From NCBI GenBank assembly GCA_046760425.1, contig JBHIEC010000001.1, positions 325 to 64,324 on the forward strand: a stretch of DNA of 64,000 bases, read 5' to 3'. Source of the stretch: Anaerolineae bacterium (lineage in GTDB: Bacteria; Chloroflexota; Anaerolineae; JBHIEC01). Below the pieces are notes generated by a model. That model had not been told where the DNA came from. It searched no databases and was given only the letters and a program-made list of their open reading frames with translations. Position 1 is the stretch's first letter, and each line of letters opens with the position of its first letter. This document shows, in pieces, positions 49,426 to 57,906 of this stretch. The position numbers were made by a program, and so were the translations under genes.

Positions 49426-51438
49426 CTACCCCTCTTCCCCCTCCTGGCCCCGGGGGACACGGACGATGACCCTGGTCCCCTTGCCAGGCTGGCTCTCAAT
49501 GGACAGGGCCCCGCCCAGGCTCTCCGCCCGCTCCCTCATGATGGCCAGGCCGAAGTGCCGCCCACCCTTGCGGGCTACGGTGTCGGCATCGAAGCCCCGA
49601 CCGTCGTCCTGGATGACGATCTCCGTCTGGTTCCCATCCAGCTTGAAGGCGACCAGGGCTCGCTGGGCCTGGGCATGCTTCCGTACGTTGGCCAGGGCCT
49701 CCTGCACGATGCGGATGAGCTGGATCTCGTCGGCCGGGGCGAAGTGGGGCTCCACATCGCCATCACGCACCACCAGCTCCGTCTGCAACCCGTGGCGCAG
49801 GCCGAACTCGTGGACGTACTCCCGCAGGGTAGGGATCAGCCCCCGCTCCCGGGAGACGGTGGTCCGCAGGTTGGTGATGGCTTCACGCACGTCGTCGTAG
49901 GACTCGCTGATAACCTCCTCGATCTGCTCCAGGTCCTCCTGAGCCTGGGCCAGCCGGCCGGCGGCCAGGTGCCCTTGGGCCACCTTGAGCTTGAGGTTGA
50001 GATAACCCAGGGCCTGGGCCAGCCCATCGTGCATCTCCCGCCCGATCCGATCCCGCTCCTCCAGCACAGCCAGGTTCTGCACCTCCTGAGATAGCTCCTG
50101 AACCCGCCGCTCCATCCCCTCATACAATTGGGCGTTCTCGATGGCTATGCCCAACTGGTTCCCGATGGCCGTCAGCAGCTCCACGTCATAGGGGCCGAAG
50201 TGGCGGGGCGGTCGGTCGTGGACAGTCAACACCCCCAGGGCGCGATCCTTGGCCCGCAGGGGCACACAGGCCACGGAATGATAGCCCTGGCGCTGACAGG
50301 CCAGGCGGGTGGCGCGGGGGTCGTTGTAGACATCCTGCACCACAATGGTCTCCGCCAGATGGCTGGCCTGGCCGCACAGGCACTGGCCCACCCCGATGGT
50401 GGTCTCCTCCTGGACAAAGTCGGTCGGGGAACCCACGTAGGCGCGCAGCTTCAACCTCTCCCCCCCATCCTCCAGCAGATAGATTTCCCCCGCCTCCATG
50501 TCCATCACCTCCAGCACCTCGGCCAACCCGCGGTCCAGGATCTGGGCCAGGTCCAGGGAGCGGATGGTGGTAGCCGTGATGCGATGCAGGGCGGAGAGCC
50601 GCTCCGTCTGGCGCTGGAGTGCCACGGTGCGTTCCTGGACCTGGCGCTCCAGCCTGGCCTTCTCCTCCAACCCCTGGGCCATGCGGTTGAAGGACTCGGC
50701 CAGCTCGCCAATCTCGTCCCGGCCGCCGACCCTCACCCGGGGTGTGAAGTCGCCCTGACTGAAGCGTTTAATGGGTACCATAAACTCTTCCAGCTTCTTG
50801 AGCACCAGCCGGTTCATGGCGAAGTTGACACCCAGGGCCGCCAGGAGGATGCCGACCAAGGAAAGCAGGATGTTCTGGCGCACATCGGCCGCCAGTTGGG
50901 CATCAATCTCGGCCATGGACAGGTCCGTGATCAGGACACCGTTGATCCTGGTGGCGGGATCGTGGCAGGCGTGGCACTCCTCCGCGTTGGCGATGGGGTT
51001 GACGTTGCGGAAAACCCGCTCGCCGCGTTGGGTGGTGAAGACCACGCTGCGGCTGCGGTCCTGGGGCTCCTCCTGATGACAGATCTGGCAGGTGGGGTCC
51101 TGCCGATCGAGCCTCGTCCCCACTTCCTCTTCCTGCGAGGAGATGCGGATCTCACCCCTCTTGTCGAGCAGAACGAGGTTCTTGACCCCCCTCTGGGTGG
51201 CGATGTCGTCCATGATCTGTCGCGTCTCCGACAGGTCACCGGACAGCATGGCGTAGCGCAGGCTACCCTCGATCACCTCTCCCAGGTTGGTGCTGCTGCG
51301 CTTCATACTGTCCATCAGGAGGTTGCGTTGGCGCACATACTGGAAATAGGTGAAGAACACCATGCTCAGCAGCAGGGGGATGACCACTCCGGCTGTGATC
51401 TTGAAACGCAAGCTGTCGTAGACCCGTTGGGGTCTCAT
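49426..51438 (-). CDS. Sensor histidine kinase with two CxxCH heme-c motifs in the periplasmic domain (HAMP-GAF-HisKA_3-HATPase)
   Basis: TM1, then CQICH and CHACH, then TM2. HAMP domain, GAF domain, H-box MHDGLAQ and ATPase domain. ATGA overlap with the upstream cytochrome gene. Confidence 0.8.
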   Translation of the reverse strand: MRPQRVYDSLRFKITAGVVIPLLLSMVFFTYFQYVRQRNLLMDSMKRSSTNLGEVIEGSLRYAMLSGDLSETRQIMDDIATQRGVKNLVLLDKRGEIRISSQEEEVGTRLDRQDPTCQICHQEEPQDRSRSVVFTTQRGERVFRNVNPIANAEECHACHDPATRINGVLITDLSMAEIDAQLAADVRQNILLSLVGILLAALGVNFAMNRLVLKKLEEFMVPIKRFSQGDFTPRVRVGGRDEIGELAESFNRMAQGLEEKARLERQVQERTVALQRQTERLSALHRITATTIRSLDLAQILDRGLAEVLEVMDMEAGEIYLLEDGGERLKLRAYVGSPTDFVQEETTIGVGQCLCGQASHLAETIVVQDVYNDPRATRLACQRQGYHSVACVPLRAKDRALGVLTVHDRPPRHFGPYDVELLTAIGNQLGIAIENAQLYEGMERRVQELSQEVQNLAVLEERDRIGREMHDGLAQALGYLNLKLKVAQGHLAAGRLAQAQEDLEQIEEVISESYDDVREAITNLRTTVSRERGLIPTLREYVHEFGLRHGLQTELVVRDGDVEPHFAPADEIQLIRIVQEALANVRKHAQAQRALVAFKLDGNQTEIVIQDDGRGFDADTVARKGGRHFGLAIMRERAESLGGALSIESQPGKGTRVIVRVPRGQEGEEG

Positions 51439-51440
51439 GG

Positions 51441-53516
51441 TTAGAATTTCCTGACCCGTTTAAAATAGTCTTCATCCAGTTGCCGCTTGGCATAGTAGAG
51501 CAGGCCACTGATCAGGGCGATGCTGGCCACGGCCACCACCATAGCCTGGCGGCGGAAGACGGTCTCGGCGATGGCCTTCTCGGCCCTGTCCCGCACCTCG
51601 GTGGCGATACTCCTGGCCTCCTCCGTTTTGTTCTCCGCTGTGGCCAACTGGACCGTGTGCTGGGCCGCCCGGGCTATGGTCAGGCTGGTTTTGGCTTCCC
51701 GCAGCCTCTCCTCCTCCACGGTCACGATCAGGCCCCTGGCCGCCGCCCGAGCCACCATGGCCTCCGCCTCCTCCACGGCGCCGGCCGCTCCGGCCAGGGC
51801 CTGATACATGTCAGCCACTATCCCTCCGATAGGAGTGTCGGGGGCGTGGCAGCTACCGCAGTGCCGTGGCTGATCCCCCAGGAACATCTCCTCGCTGGGC
51901 ACCATGACGTCATGGTGGCCATGACAGGTCACGCACTCGGGCATGCCGGGCGCTTTGGCCCCATGCCTGCCCTGCAAGTAGTAGTCCTGAGTGGCCGTGT
52001 GGCATCCCCCACAGACGCTGGCCACCTCTTCAAAGCCAGGAGGCGCGGCGCCGTGAGTCCCATGGCAGGTGGCACAACTGGGCGCCCGCAGGTCCTGCTT
52101 CTTGAGCAGCGCGATACCGTGGACACTTTCTTTATACAATTCGTACTGGTTGGTGGGGATACCATAGGGGCGCATGAACCCCTTGTCCGAGTGGCAAGAG
52201 GCACACAGGCCGGGCACGTTAGTGGGATAGACGCTGGTGGAGGGATCGTTGACCTCCCTGGTGCCGTGGCCATCGTGGCAATCGAAACAGGTGGCCACCC
52301 TCTGGTCTCCCTGGGTCAGGAGCTGGCCGTGCTGGCTTTCCAGGTACTTGGCATACTGGTCAATGGGCAAATCGTACTGGCGCATCAACTCCACCCGGGC
52401 GTGGCAGGAGCCACACAGGCTCGGGATATCGGCCTTAGCGGGCACACCGATGTAGCCGGCCTGAGGCGACATGGCCGCCCCGGCGTCGCTGGCCGCGGGG
52501 TCGCCGCCGTGGCAATCGGGACAGCGGATGCCCCGGCTGGCGTGGATGCTGCCCTGCCAGGCCGTGGTGATCTTCTCGTGTTTGCCTCCCAGGGCCTTGT
52601 GGCAATCCAGGCAAGTGTTCTGCCCGGGGGTGAAGGGGTACTGGATGGGCGTAGGCAAGGGTCGAGGGGGGGTCGTAGGCGTAGGTGTGGGCGTCGGCTG
52701 GGCCATGGCCGCTGGCTGGTGACAGCCCTGGCACGTATCGTTGGTGCGGTCAGCGTGGTCGGCCGGGAACTGCGGGGCACCTCCCACGCCGGTCTCGTGG
52801 CACATACGGCAGTTGTCACGCCCCTCCAGGGAATGGGGGATGGTGGGCGGGCCGGCCTGGGCAGCGGTGGGTTGTGCCGTGGCGATCGGCTGGTGACAGA
52901 ATTGGCATCCCTCGTTGGAGCGGCCGGCGTGATCGGCCGGGAACTGTGGTGCGCCGCCTACGCCGGTCTCATGGCAGCTCAGGCAGAGCTCCCGCCCCGC
53001 CACGGGGTGAGGGATCTGGGGCGGGGCTGCCGGCGAGGTGGGGGTGATAGTAGCCGTCGGTTCCACGGGGGTTGTGGGAGCGGCAACCACGGCCGGCTGG
53101 TGACAGTTCTGGCAGATGTCGTTGGTGCGGCCAGCATGATCTTTGGGCACCTGCGGGGCGCCGCCCACGCCGGCCTCGTGGCAGGCCAGACAGGCATCGC
53201 GCCCCTCCAGGGAGTGGGGAATAGGGGGAGGCACCAGCGGGGGGGTGGTGGCCTCTGGTTCGGGAGTCGCCACGGCCTCGGCGCTCACCCATTTGTGGCA
53301 CAACTGACACACCCGGTCCGTGCGGCCGGCGTGGGTGTCAGGCACCGGGGGCGCGCCGCCCACCCCCGTCTCGTGGCAGGTCAGGCACGCCTGACGCCCC
53401 TCCAGGGGATGGGGGATGGGGGGTTGGGCCAGGGCCAGACCCGGCAAGACGATGAGGACGACGGTCAGCCCCAGGGCCAGGATAGCTATCTCAAATACCA
53501 CAAGCGCTCGCATCAT
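51441..53516 (-). CDS. Large multiheme c-type cytochrome (about 17 CxxCH) with N- and C-terminal membrane anchors
   Basis: Four tandem paired-CxxCH modules (IPHxLEGRxxCLxCH...HAGRxxxxCQxCH), then a nine-motif domain homologous to 44081..45370. Confidence 0.85.
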   Translation of the reverse strand: MMRALVVFEIAILALGLTVVLIVLPGLALAQPPIPHPLEGRQACLTCHETGVGGAPPVPDTHAGRTDRVCQLCHKWVSAEAVATPEPEATTPPLVPPPIPHSLEGRDACLACHEAGVGGAPQVPKDHAGRTNDICQNCHQPAVVAAPTTPVEPTATITPTSPAAPPQIPHPVAGRELCLSCHETGVGGAPQFPADHAGRSNEGCQFCHQPIATAQPTAAQAGPPTIPHSLEGRDNCRMCHETGVGGAPQFPADHADRTNDTCQGCHQPAAMAQPTPTPTPTTPPRPLPTPIQYPFTPGQNTCLDCHKALGGKHEKITTAWQGSIHASRGIRCPDCHGGDPAASDAGAAMSPQAGYIGVPAKADIPSLCGSCHARVELMRQYDLPIDQYAKYLESQHGQLLTQGDQRVATCFDCHDGHGTREVNDPSTSVYPTNVPGLCASCHSDKGFMRPYGIPTNQYELYKESVHGIALLKKQDLRAPSCATCHGTHGAAPPGFEEVASVCGGCHTATQDYYLQGRHGAKAPGMPECVTCHGHHDVMVPSEEMFLGDQPRHCGSCHAPDTPIGGIVADMYQALAGAAGAVEEAEAMVARAAARGLIVTVEEERLREAKTSLTIARAAQHTVQLATAENKTEEARSIATEVRDRAEKAIAETVFRRQAMVVAVASIALISGLLYYAKRQLDEDYFKRVRKF

Positions 53517-53543
53517 AACGACCTCCCTGCAGGGCCGAAAAAA

Positions 53544-53987
53544 TCAGCTATAATACCCCCAGATGGTCAGGATCGTCATGGCCACCACGACGACCAGGCC
53601 GATGGCTATAGCCAGAGGTCTCTTGCGAGGATGAACCTCGGGGTTACGGTCCAGGAAAGGCAAGAGCAACAATATGATGATGCCCACGATGGGCGTCAGG
53701 ATGCCGATGCTGCGCGGCACCAGCTTCAGCAGTTGGTATATGGCCAGGAAGTACCACTCAGGCTTGATGTGGGGAGGCGTGCGGAGGGGATCGGCCTTCT
53801 CCTCCAGGCCAGCCGGGAAGAGGGAGGCCAGGATGATCAGCACGGCCAGCATGATGTACCACATGATGAGTTCGCCGAACAGATAGTTGAGAAAGGGGAT
53901 GGTCTCCGGCTTCTGAGGCTGCGGCGTGAGCAGTTCAGCCCTGGGTGCTTCCGAACGTTCATCGTGCTTCTCAGGTTCAGACAGCAT
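53544..53987 (-). CDS. Cytochrome b6-f subunit IV-like protein (cytochrome b C-terminal domain)
   Basis: PEWYFL motif and three transmembrane helices. Confidence 0.75.
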   Translation of the reverse strand: MLSEPEKHDERSEAPRAELLTPQPQKPETIPFLNYLFGELIMWYIMLAVLIILASLFPAGLEEKADPLRTPPHIKPEWYFLAIYQLLKLVPRSIGILTPIVGIIILLLLPFLDRNPEVHPRKRPLAIAIGLVVVVAMTILTIWGYYS

Positions 53988-53993
53988 GGCTTC

Positions 53994-54695
53994 TCACTCT
54001 CCCTTCTTGATGTGGGTGGCACCGGGCCGCGAGGGGTCAAAGAGCCCCTGCTGGTGGATCATGAACAGATGCGCCAGCAGGAGGACGGTCAGGGTGACGG
54101 GCAGGACCAGGACGTGGATGCCGAAGAAGCGGGTCAGCGTCAGGGCGGTGATATCGGTGCCGGCCCGCAGGAAGCGCAACAGGATGGAACCCACCAGGGG
54201 CACGGCCCCGGCGATCTCGCTGCCCACGGTGGATGCCCAGTAGGCCCGTTGATCCCAGGGCAGGAGGTAGCCGGTGAAGCCGAAGGCCAGGGTCACCGCC
54301 AGGAGCAGGACACCTACCACCCAGGTCATCTCGCGGGGGGGCTTGTAGGCTCCCTGGAAGTAGACCCGCAGCAGGTGCAGGACACAGAAGACGATCATCA
54401 GGTTGGCCGACCAGGAATGGAGGCTGCGAATCAGCCAGCCGAAGTTGACCTGGTTCTGGATGAGCAGGATGCTCTCATAGGCCGCCTCAGGGGTGGGTCG
54501 GTAATAGAGGGCCAGCAGGATGCCGGTGACGCCCTGCACGAAGAAGAAGAAGAGAGTGATCCCGCCCAGGAAGAAGGTCCTGGCCCGGAGGGGCATGGGC
54601 TCGTTGAGCAGATCATTCAGAGGTTTCCGTATGGCCAGGCGCTGGTCGAGCCAGTCCATGACGCGATCACCAAGGGCAGTGAGGTCTAGCATCAA
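53994..54695 (-). CDS. Cytochrome b6-like (cytochrome b N-terminal domain)
   Basis: Four transmembrane helices. Heme-ligating histidines are spaced as in cytochrome b6 (LHSWSANLMIVFCVLHLLRVYF). Confidence 0.8.
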   Translation of the reverse strand: MMLDLTALGDRVMDWLDQRLAIRKPLNDLLNEPMPLRARTFFLGGITLFFFFVQGVTGILLALYYRPTPEAAYESILLIQNQVNFGWLIRSLHSWSANLMIVFCVLHLLRVYFQGAYKPPREMTWVVGVLLLAVTLAFGFTGYLLPWDQRAYWASTVGSEIAGAVPLVGSILLRFLRAGTDITALTLTRFFGIHVLVLPVTLTVLLLAHLFMIHQQGLFDPSRPGATHIKKGE

Positions 54696-55162
54696 GCACC
54701 TCCCACGTAGATGTTCTCCCCCTCGACGAAGACCTCCATCGGAGGCAGGGGGGCTGGCGGCGGGCCGGAGATAACGGCGCCGTTGATAGGGTTAAAGCGG
54801 CCGTCATGGCATGGGCACAGGATGAATTGTCGGGCCTGATCCCATTCCACGATGCAGCCTAGATGGGTGCAGATGGCGGAGAAGGCCCTGATGCCTTGGG
54901 CAGTATTGACCACCACCACCGGCTTGTTCTCCACGGGCACCACCTTGCCCTGGCCCACGGGCAGGTCCTTCGTGGTCCCAACCAGGACCCGTCCCCCACC
55001 GGCCCCAGCCCCCCGCGCCGGGGGCCACAGGTAGCCGATGATGGGCACCAGCACCCCAACCAGGGTGCCCAGGAAAGACAAACCCAGGGCCCAGGTGAGA
55101 AATGTGCGCCGGCTGATGCCTCTGCGTTGGGAACCGCCTGTCAGTTCGTTGCTTGCTGACAC
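54692..55162 (-). CDS. Rieske 2Fe-2S protein with Tat signal
   Basis: RRTFL twin-arginine signal. CTHLGC ... CPCHDGRF motifs. Confidence 0.85.
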   Translation of the reverse strand: MSASNELTGGSQRRGISRRTFLTWALGLSFLGTLVGVLVPIIGYLWPPARGAGAGGGRVLVGTTKDLPVGQGKVVPVENKPVVVVNTAQGIRAFSAICTHLGCIVEWDQARQFILCPCHDGRFNPINGAVISGPPPAPLPPMEVFVEGENIYVGGA

Positions 55163-55411
55163 CTTCTCCTCCTCACAGTGAACATCTCATGCAGGTTTCA
55201 ATCTTACCACACCAGGGTCAAGATGTCAAAAAGCGCTACCAAGACGGCGTTCACGTCGAGGAGAGCGCCCTTTAGAGAGCTTCGAGCTTCAGAACATCCC
55301 CCACGGCACATCGAGGGGCTCTGGCCATCCGCCCTTAGAGCCGAAAACCGTGGCGCAGGCTTTCGAGCCTGCGTGGGCAGCCGCCCCACAATGGGGTTTC
55401 CGGATAGGTTC

Positions 55412-56491
55412 TTAGCAGATCCTGGGCAGCATCTCCCCGGTCAGCATGTCCACCAGGCGCGTCCCACCGATCTCCGTCTGCATCAGGACCCTGCCCGCTG
55501 GCTCCGCCACCACCTGACCAATGGCCACCGCCCCCTGGCCATGGCGGGTCTTGCGCATGGCCGCCAGCACCGCCTCGGCATCCTCGGGGGCTACCATGGC
55601 CACCAGCTTGCCCTCGTTGGCCACGTAGAGGGGATCGTAGCCCAGCATCTCGCAGGCGGCGTGGACGGCGGGCCGCACGGGGATCTTCCCCTCCTCGATG
55701 CGGATGCCCACCTGGGACTGACGGGCGATCTCGTTCAGGGTGGTGGCCAGGCCGCCACGGGTGGGATCGCGCAGGACGTGGATATTGTGGCTGGCCTCCA
55801 GCATGGCCGCCACCAGGCCGTTGAGGGGGGCGATGTCGCTCTCTAGCTCCGTCTCAAAGCCCAACCCTTCCCGCTCGCTGAGGACGGCGATGCCATGGTC
55901 GCCGATGGGGCCGGAGAGGAGCACCACGTCGCCCACCTGGGCCCTGGTGCCGGAGATGTCCACCCCCGGCGGGACGAGGCCCACGCCGGCGGTGCTGATA
56001 AACAGCCCATCGGCTCCGCCCTGCTCCACCACCTTGGTGTCACCAGCCACGATCTGGATTCCCACCTCGGCTGCCGCGGCCCGCATGGACTCCACCACCC
56101 GCCGCAGGATGCCCACCGTCAACCCCTCCTCGATGACGAAGGCTGCCGAGAGGTAGAGGGGGGTGGCGCCGCTCATGGCCAGGTCATTCACCGTGCCGCA
56201 CACGGCCAGCCGTCCGATGTCGCCGCCGGGGAAGAAGAGCGGCTTGACCACGTGGGAGTCGGTGGTGAAAGCCAGGCGAAAGTCCGAGGTCAGGGGTCCA
56301 AAGTTCAAAGTCGAGGGGCCCCGGACTTCAGACTTCGGACTTTGGACTTTGGACATTTCCAGCACCGCCGAGTCGTCCAGGCGAGCCAGGGCGGGGTTAA
56401 CAAAGGGGGGCAGGAAAAGCTTCTCCACCAGCTCATGGCTCATCCTGCCGCCGCTGCCGTGGGCCAGGAGGATCTTGTCCCTATCCCTCAT
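55412..56491 (-). CDS. hypE: Hydrogenase maturation protein HypE, with an in-frame repeat insertion
   Basis: MRDRDKILLAHGSGG...TTDSHVV...LAVCGTVNDLAMSGATPL. The N-terminal region contains an inserted SKVQSPKSEVRGPSTLNFGPLTSDFRL segment. Confidence 0.85.
   Translation of the reverse strand: MRDRDKILLAHGSGGRMSHELVEKLFLPPFVNPALARLDDSAVLEMSKVQSPKSEVRGPSTLNFGPLTSDFRLAFTTDSHVVKPLFFPGGDIGRLAVCGTVNDLAMSGATPLYLSAAFVIEEGLTVGILRRVVESMRAAAAEVGIQIVAGDTKVVEQGGADGLFISTAGVGLVPPGVDISGTRAQVGDVVLLSGPIGDHGIAVLSEREGLGFETELESDIAPLNGLVAAMLEASHNIHVLRDPTRGGLATTLNEIARQSQVGIRIEEGKIPVRPAVHAACEMLGYDPLYVANEGKLVAMVAPEDAEAVLAAMRKTRHGQGAVAIGQVVAEPAGRVLMQTEIGGTRLVDMLTGEMLPRIC
56276..56359. repeat. GTCCAAAGTCC-type palindromic element inserted in frame in hypE
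   Basis: AGTCCGAGGTCAGGGGTCCAAAGTTCAAAGTCGAGGGGCCCCGGACTTCAGACTTCGGACTTTGGACTTTGGAC. Confidence 0.7.
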
Positions 56492-57575
56492 ACACCCCTC
56501 CGTAGTGATAGTAGGCTGCGCAGGCCCCCTCGGCCGAAACCATGCAGGGCCCCATGGGCCGCTCCGGAACGCAGCCTTTGCCGAAGAGAGGGCAATCGAG
56601 GGGCTCAGCCACTCCCCGCAGCACTTCCCCACAACGACAGCCCTTAGGCTCCCGCGTCGGCCCGGGGTCAATGTCGAAAGCCTGCTCGGCGTCGAAGCGG
56701 GCATACTTGGGCCGCAGCTTCAACCCACTCTGGGGAACCACCCCTAACCCCCGCCACGGTGCCTCGCAGATTTCGAAGACGCGGTACATCTGCTCCATGG
56801 CCCACTGGTTGCCTTCGGGCCGCACGCTGCGGCGGTAAGCGATCCCCACCTCGGCCCGCCCCTCCTCCAACTGATCCACCAGCATGGCCACGCCCTGCAG
56901 GATGTCCAGGGGCTGGAAGCCAGCGATGACGCAGGGTATGCCGTAGTCCTGGGGCAGGAACTCCCAGGCTCGGGCGCCGATGACAGTGGTCACGTGGCCT
57001 GGGCCGATGATGCCATTCAGCCGCACCTCACCCGCGTCCAGGATAGCCTTGGTGGCCGGCGGGGTCAGTTTGTGCATAGACAGAAGGTAGTAGTTCTCGA
57101 TCCCCTCCTGCTCCGCCTGCAGGATGGAGGCGGCGATGCCCGGGGCGGTGGTCTCAAAGCCCACCCCCAGGAAGACGACCGCTTTATCCGGATTGTCCCG
57201 GGCGAGGTGTAAGGCGTCCAGAGGGGAGTAGACCATGCGCACGTCGGCCCCCTCCGCTTTGACCTTCTGGAGGCTGCTGCGGCTGGCAGGCACCTTGAAC
57301 ATGTCGCCGAAGGTGGCGATGATCACCCCCGGCTCCCGGGCCAAGGCGATGGCCTTGTCCAGATCGGCGTTGTCCGTGACGCACACGGGGCAGCCAGGGC
57401 CAGACAGCATCTCCACCGTGGGGGGCATCACCTGGCGGATGCCGTAGCGCAGGATGGCCACGGTGTGGCCGCCGCAGAACTCCATGAGGCGGATGGGGCG
57501 GGTGGAGCGACGATGGATGTGCTCGATGAGGCCCTTGGCCAGCGCACCGTTGCGGTACTCGTCTACGTACTTCAT
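56481..57575 (-). CDS. hypD: Hydrogenase maturation protein HypD
   Basis: CGGHT motif, GPGCPVC, C-terminal CxxC...C. Confidence 0.9.
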   Translation of the reverse strand: MKYVDEYRNGALAKGLIEHIHRRSTRPIRLMEFCGGHTVAILRYGIRQVMPPTVEMLSGPGCPVCVTDNADLDKAIALAREPGVIIATFGDMFKVPASRSSLQKVKAEGADVRMVYSPLDALHLARDNPDKAVVFLGVGFETTAPGIAASILQAEQEGIENYYLLSMHKLTPPATKAILDAGEVRLNGIIGPGHVTTVIGARAWEFLPQDYGIPCVIAGFQPLDILQGVAMLVDQLEEGRAEVGIAYRRSVRPEGNQWAMEQMYRVFEICEAPWRGLGVVPQSGLKLRPKYARFDAEQAFDIDPGPTREPKGCRCGEVLRGVAEPLDCPLFGKGCVPERPMGPCMVSAEGACAAYYHYGGVYEG

Positions 57576-57826
57576 GGGGCTCCCACGGCCTCCAGCAAGA
57601 CCTCCTGAGGCAGAGCCTCCGCCAGTTCCTGGAACAGGCGCAGAGTCTCCTGGGCCTCGGCCTCGTCAATGACGCCGATGGCGTAGCCGGTGTGCACCTG
57701 GACGTAATCGCCGACCTGGGCCTCCGGCGTCAGCCACAGGCTGATGCGGCGGCTGATGCCGCCCATGTCCACCTCAGCCTCCAGGCCCTCGATGGATACC
57801 ACCCGAGCGGGTATGGCTAAGCACAT
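57572..57826 (-). CDS. hypC: Hydrogenase maturation protein HypC
   Basis: N-terminal MCLAIP. Confidence 0.85.
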   Translation of the reverse strand: MCLAIPARVVSIEGLEAEVDMGGISRRISLWLTPEAQVGDYVQVHTGYAIGVIDEAEAQETLRLFQELAEALPQEVLLEAVGAP

Positions 57827-57906
57827 TGATTGTTGCCTCCTGGCGACCCTTCTTCGCTCGTGACCAGCTTCAGAAACATGGCTGGCGGGATAATCTTAAC
57901 CCTCCT

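Noticed and set aside
51480-54689. 1069-aa plus-strand ORF antisense to the multiheme cytochrome, subunit IV and cytochrome b6 genes
   Set aside because: Arg/Gly-rich low-complexity translation. Overlaps three well-supported genes on the other strand.
55412-56704. 430-aa version of hypE with a 71-aa N-terminal extension overlapping hypD
   Set aside because: HypE family proteins begin near MRDRDKILLAHGSGG. The extension is Pro/Arg-rich and overlaps the end of hypD in another frame.
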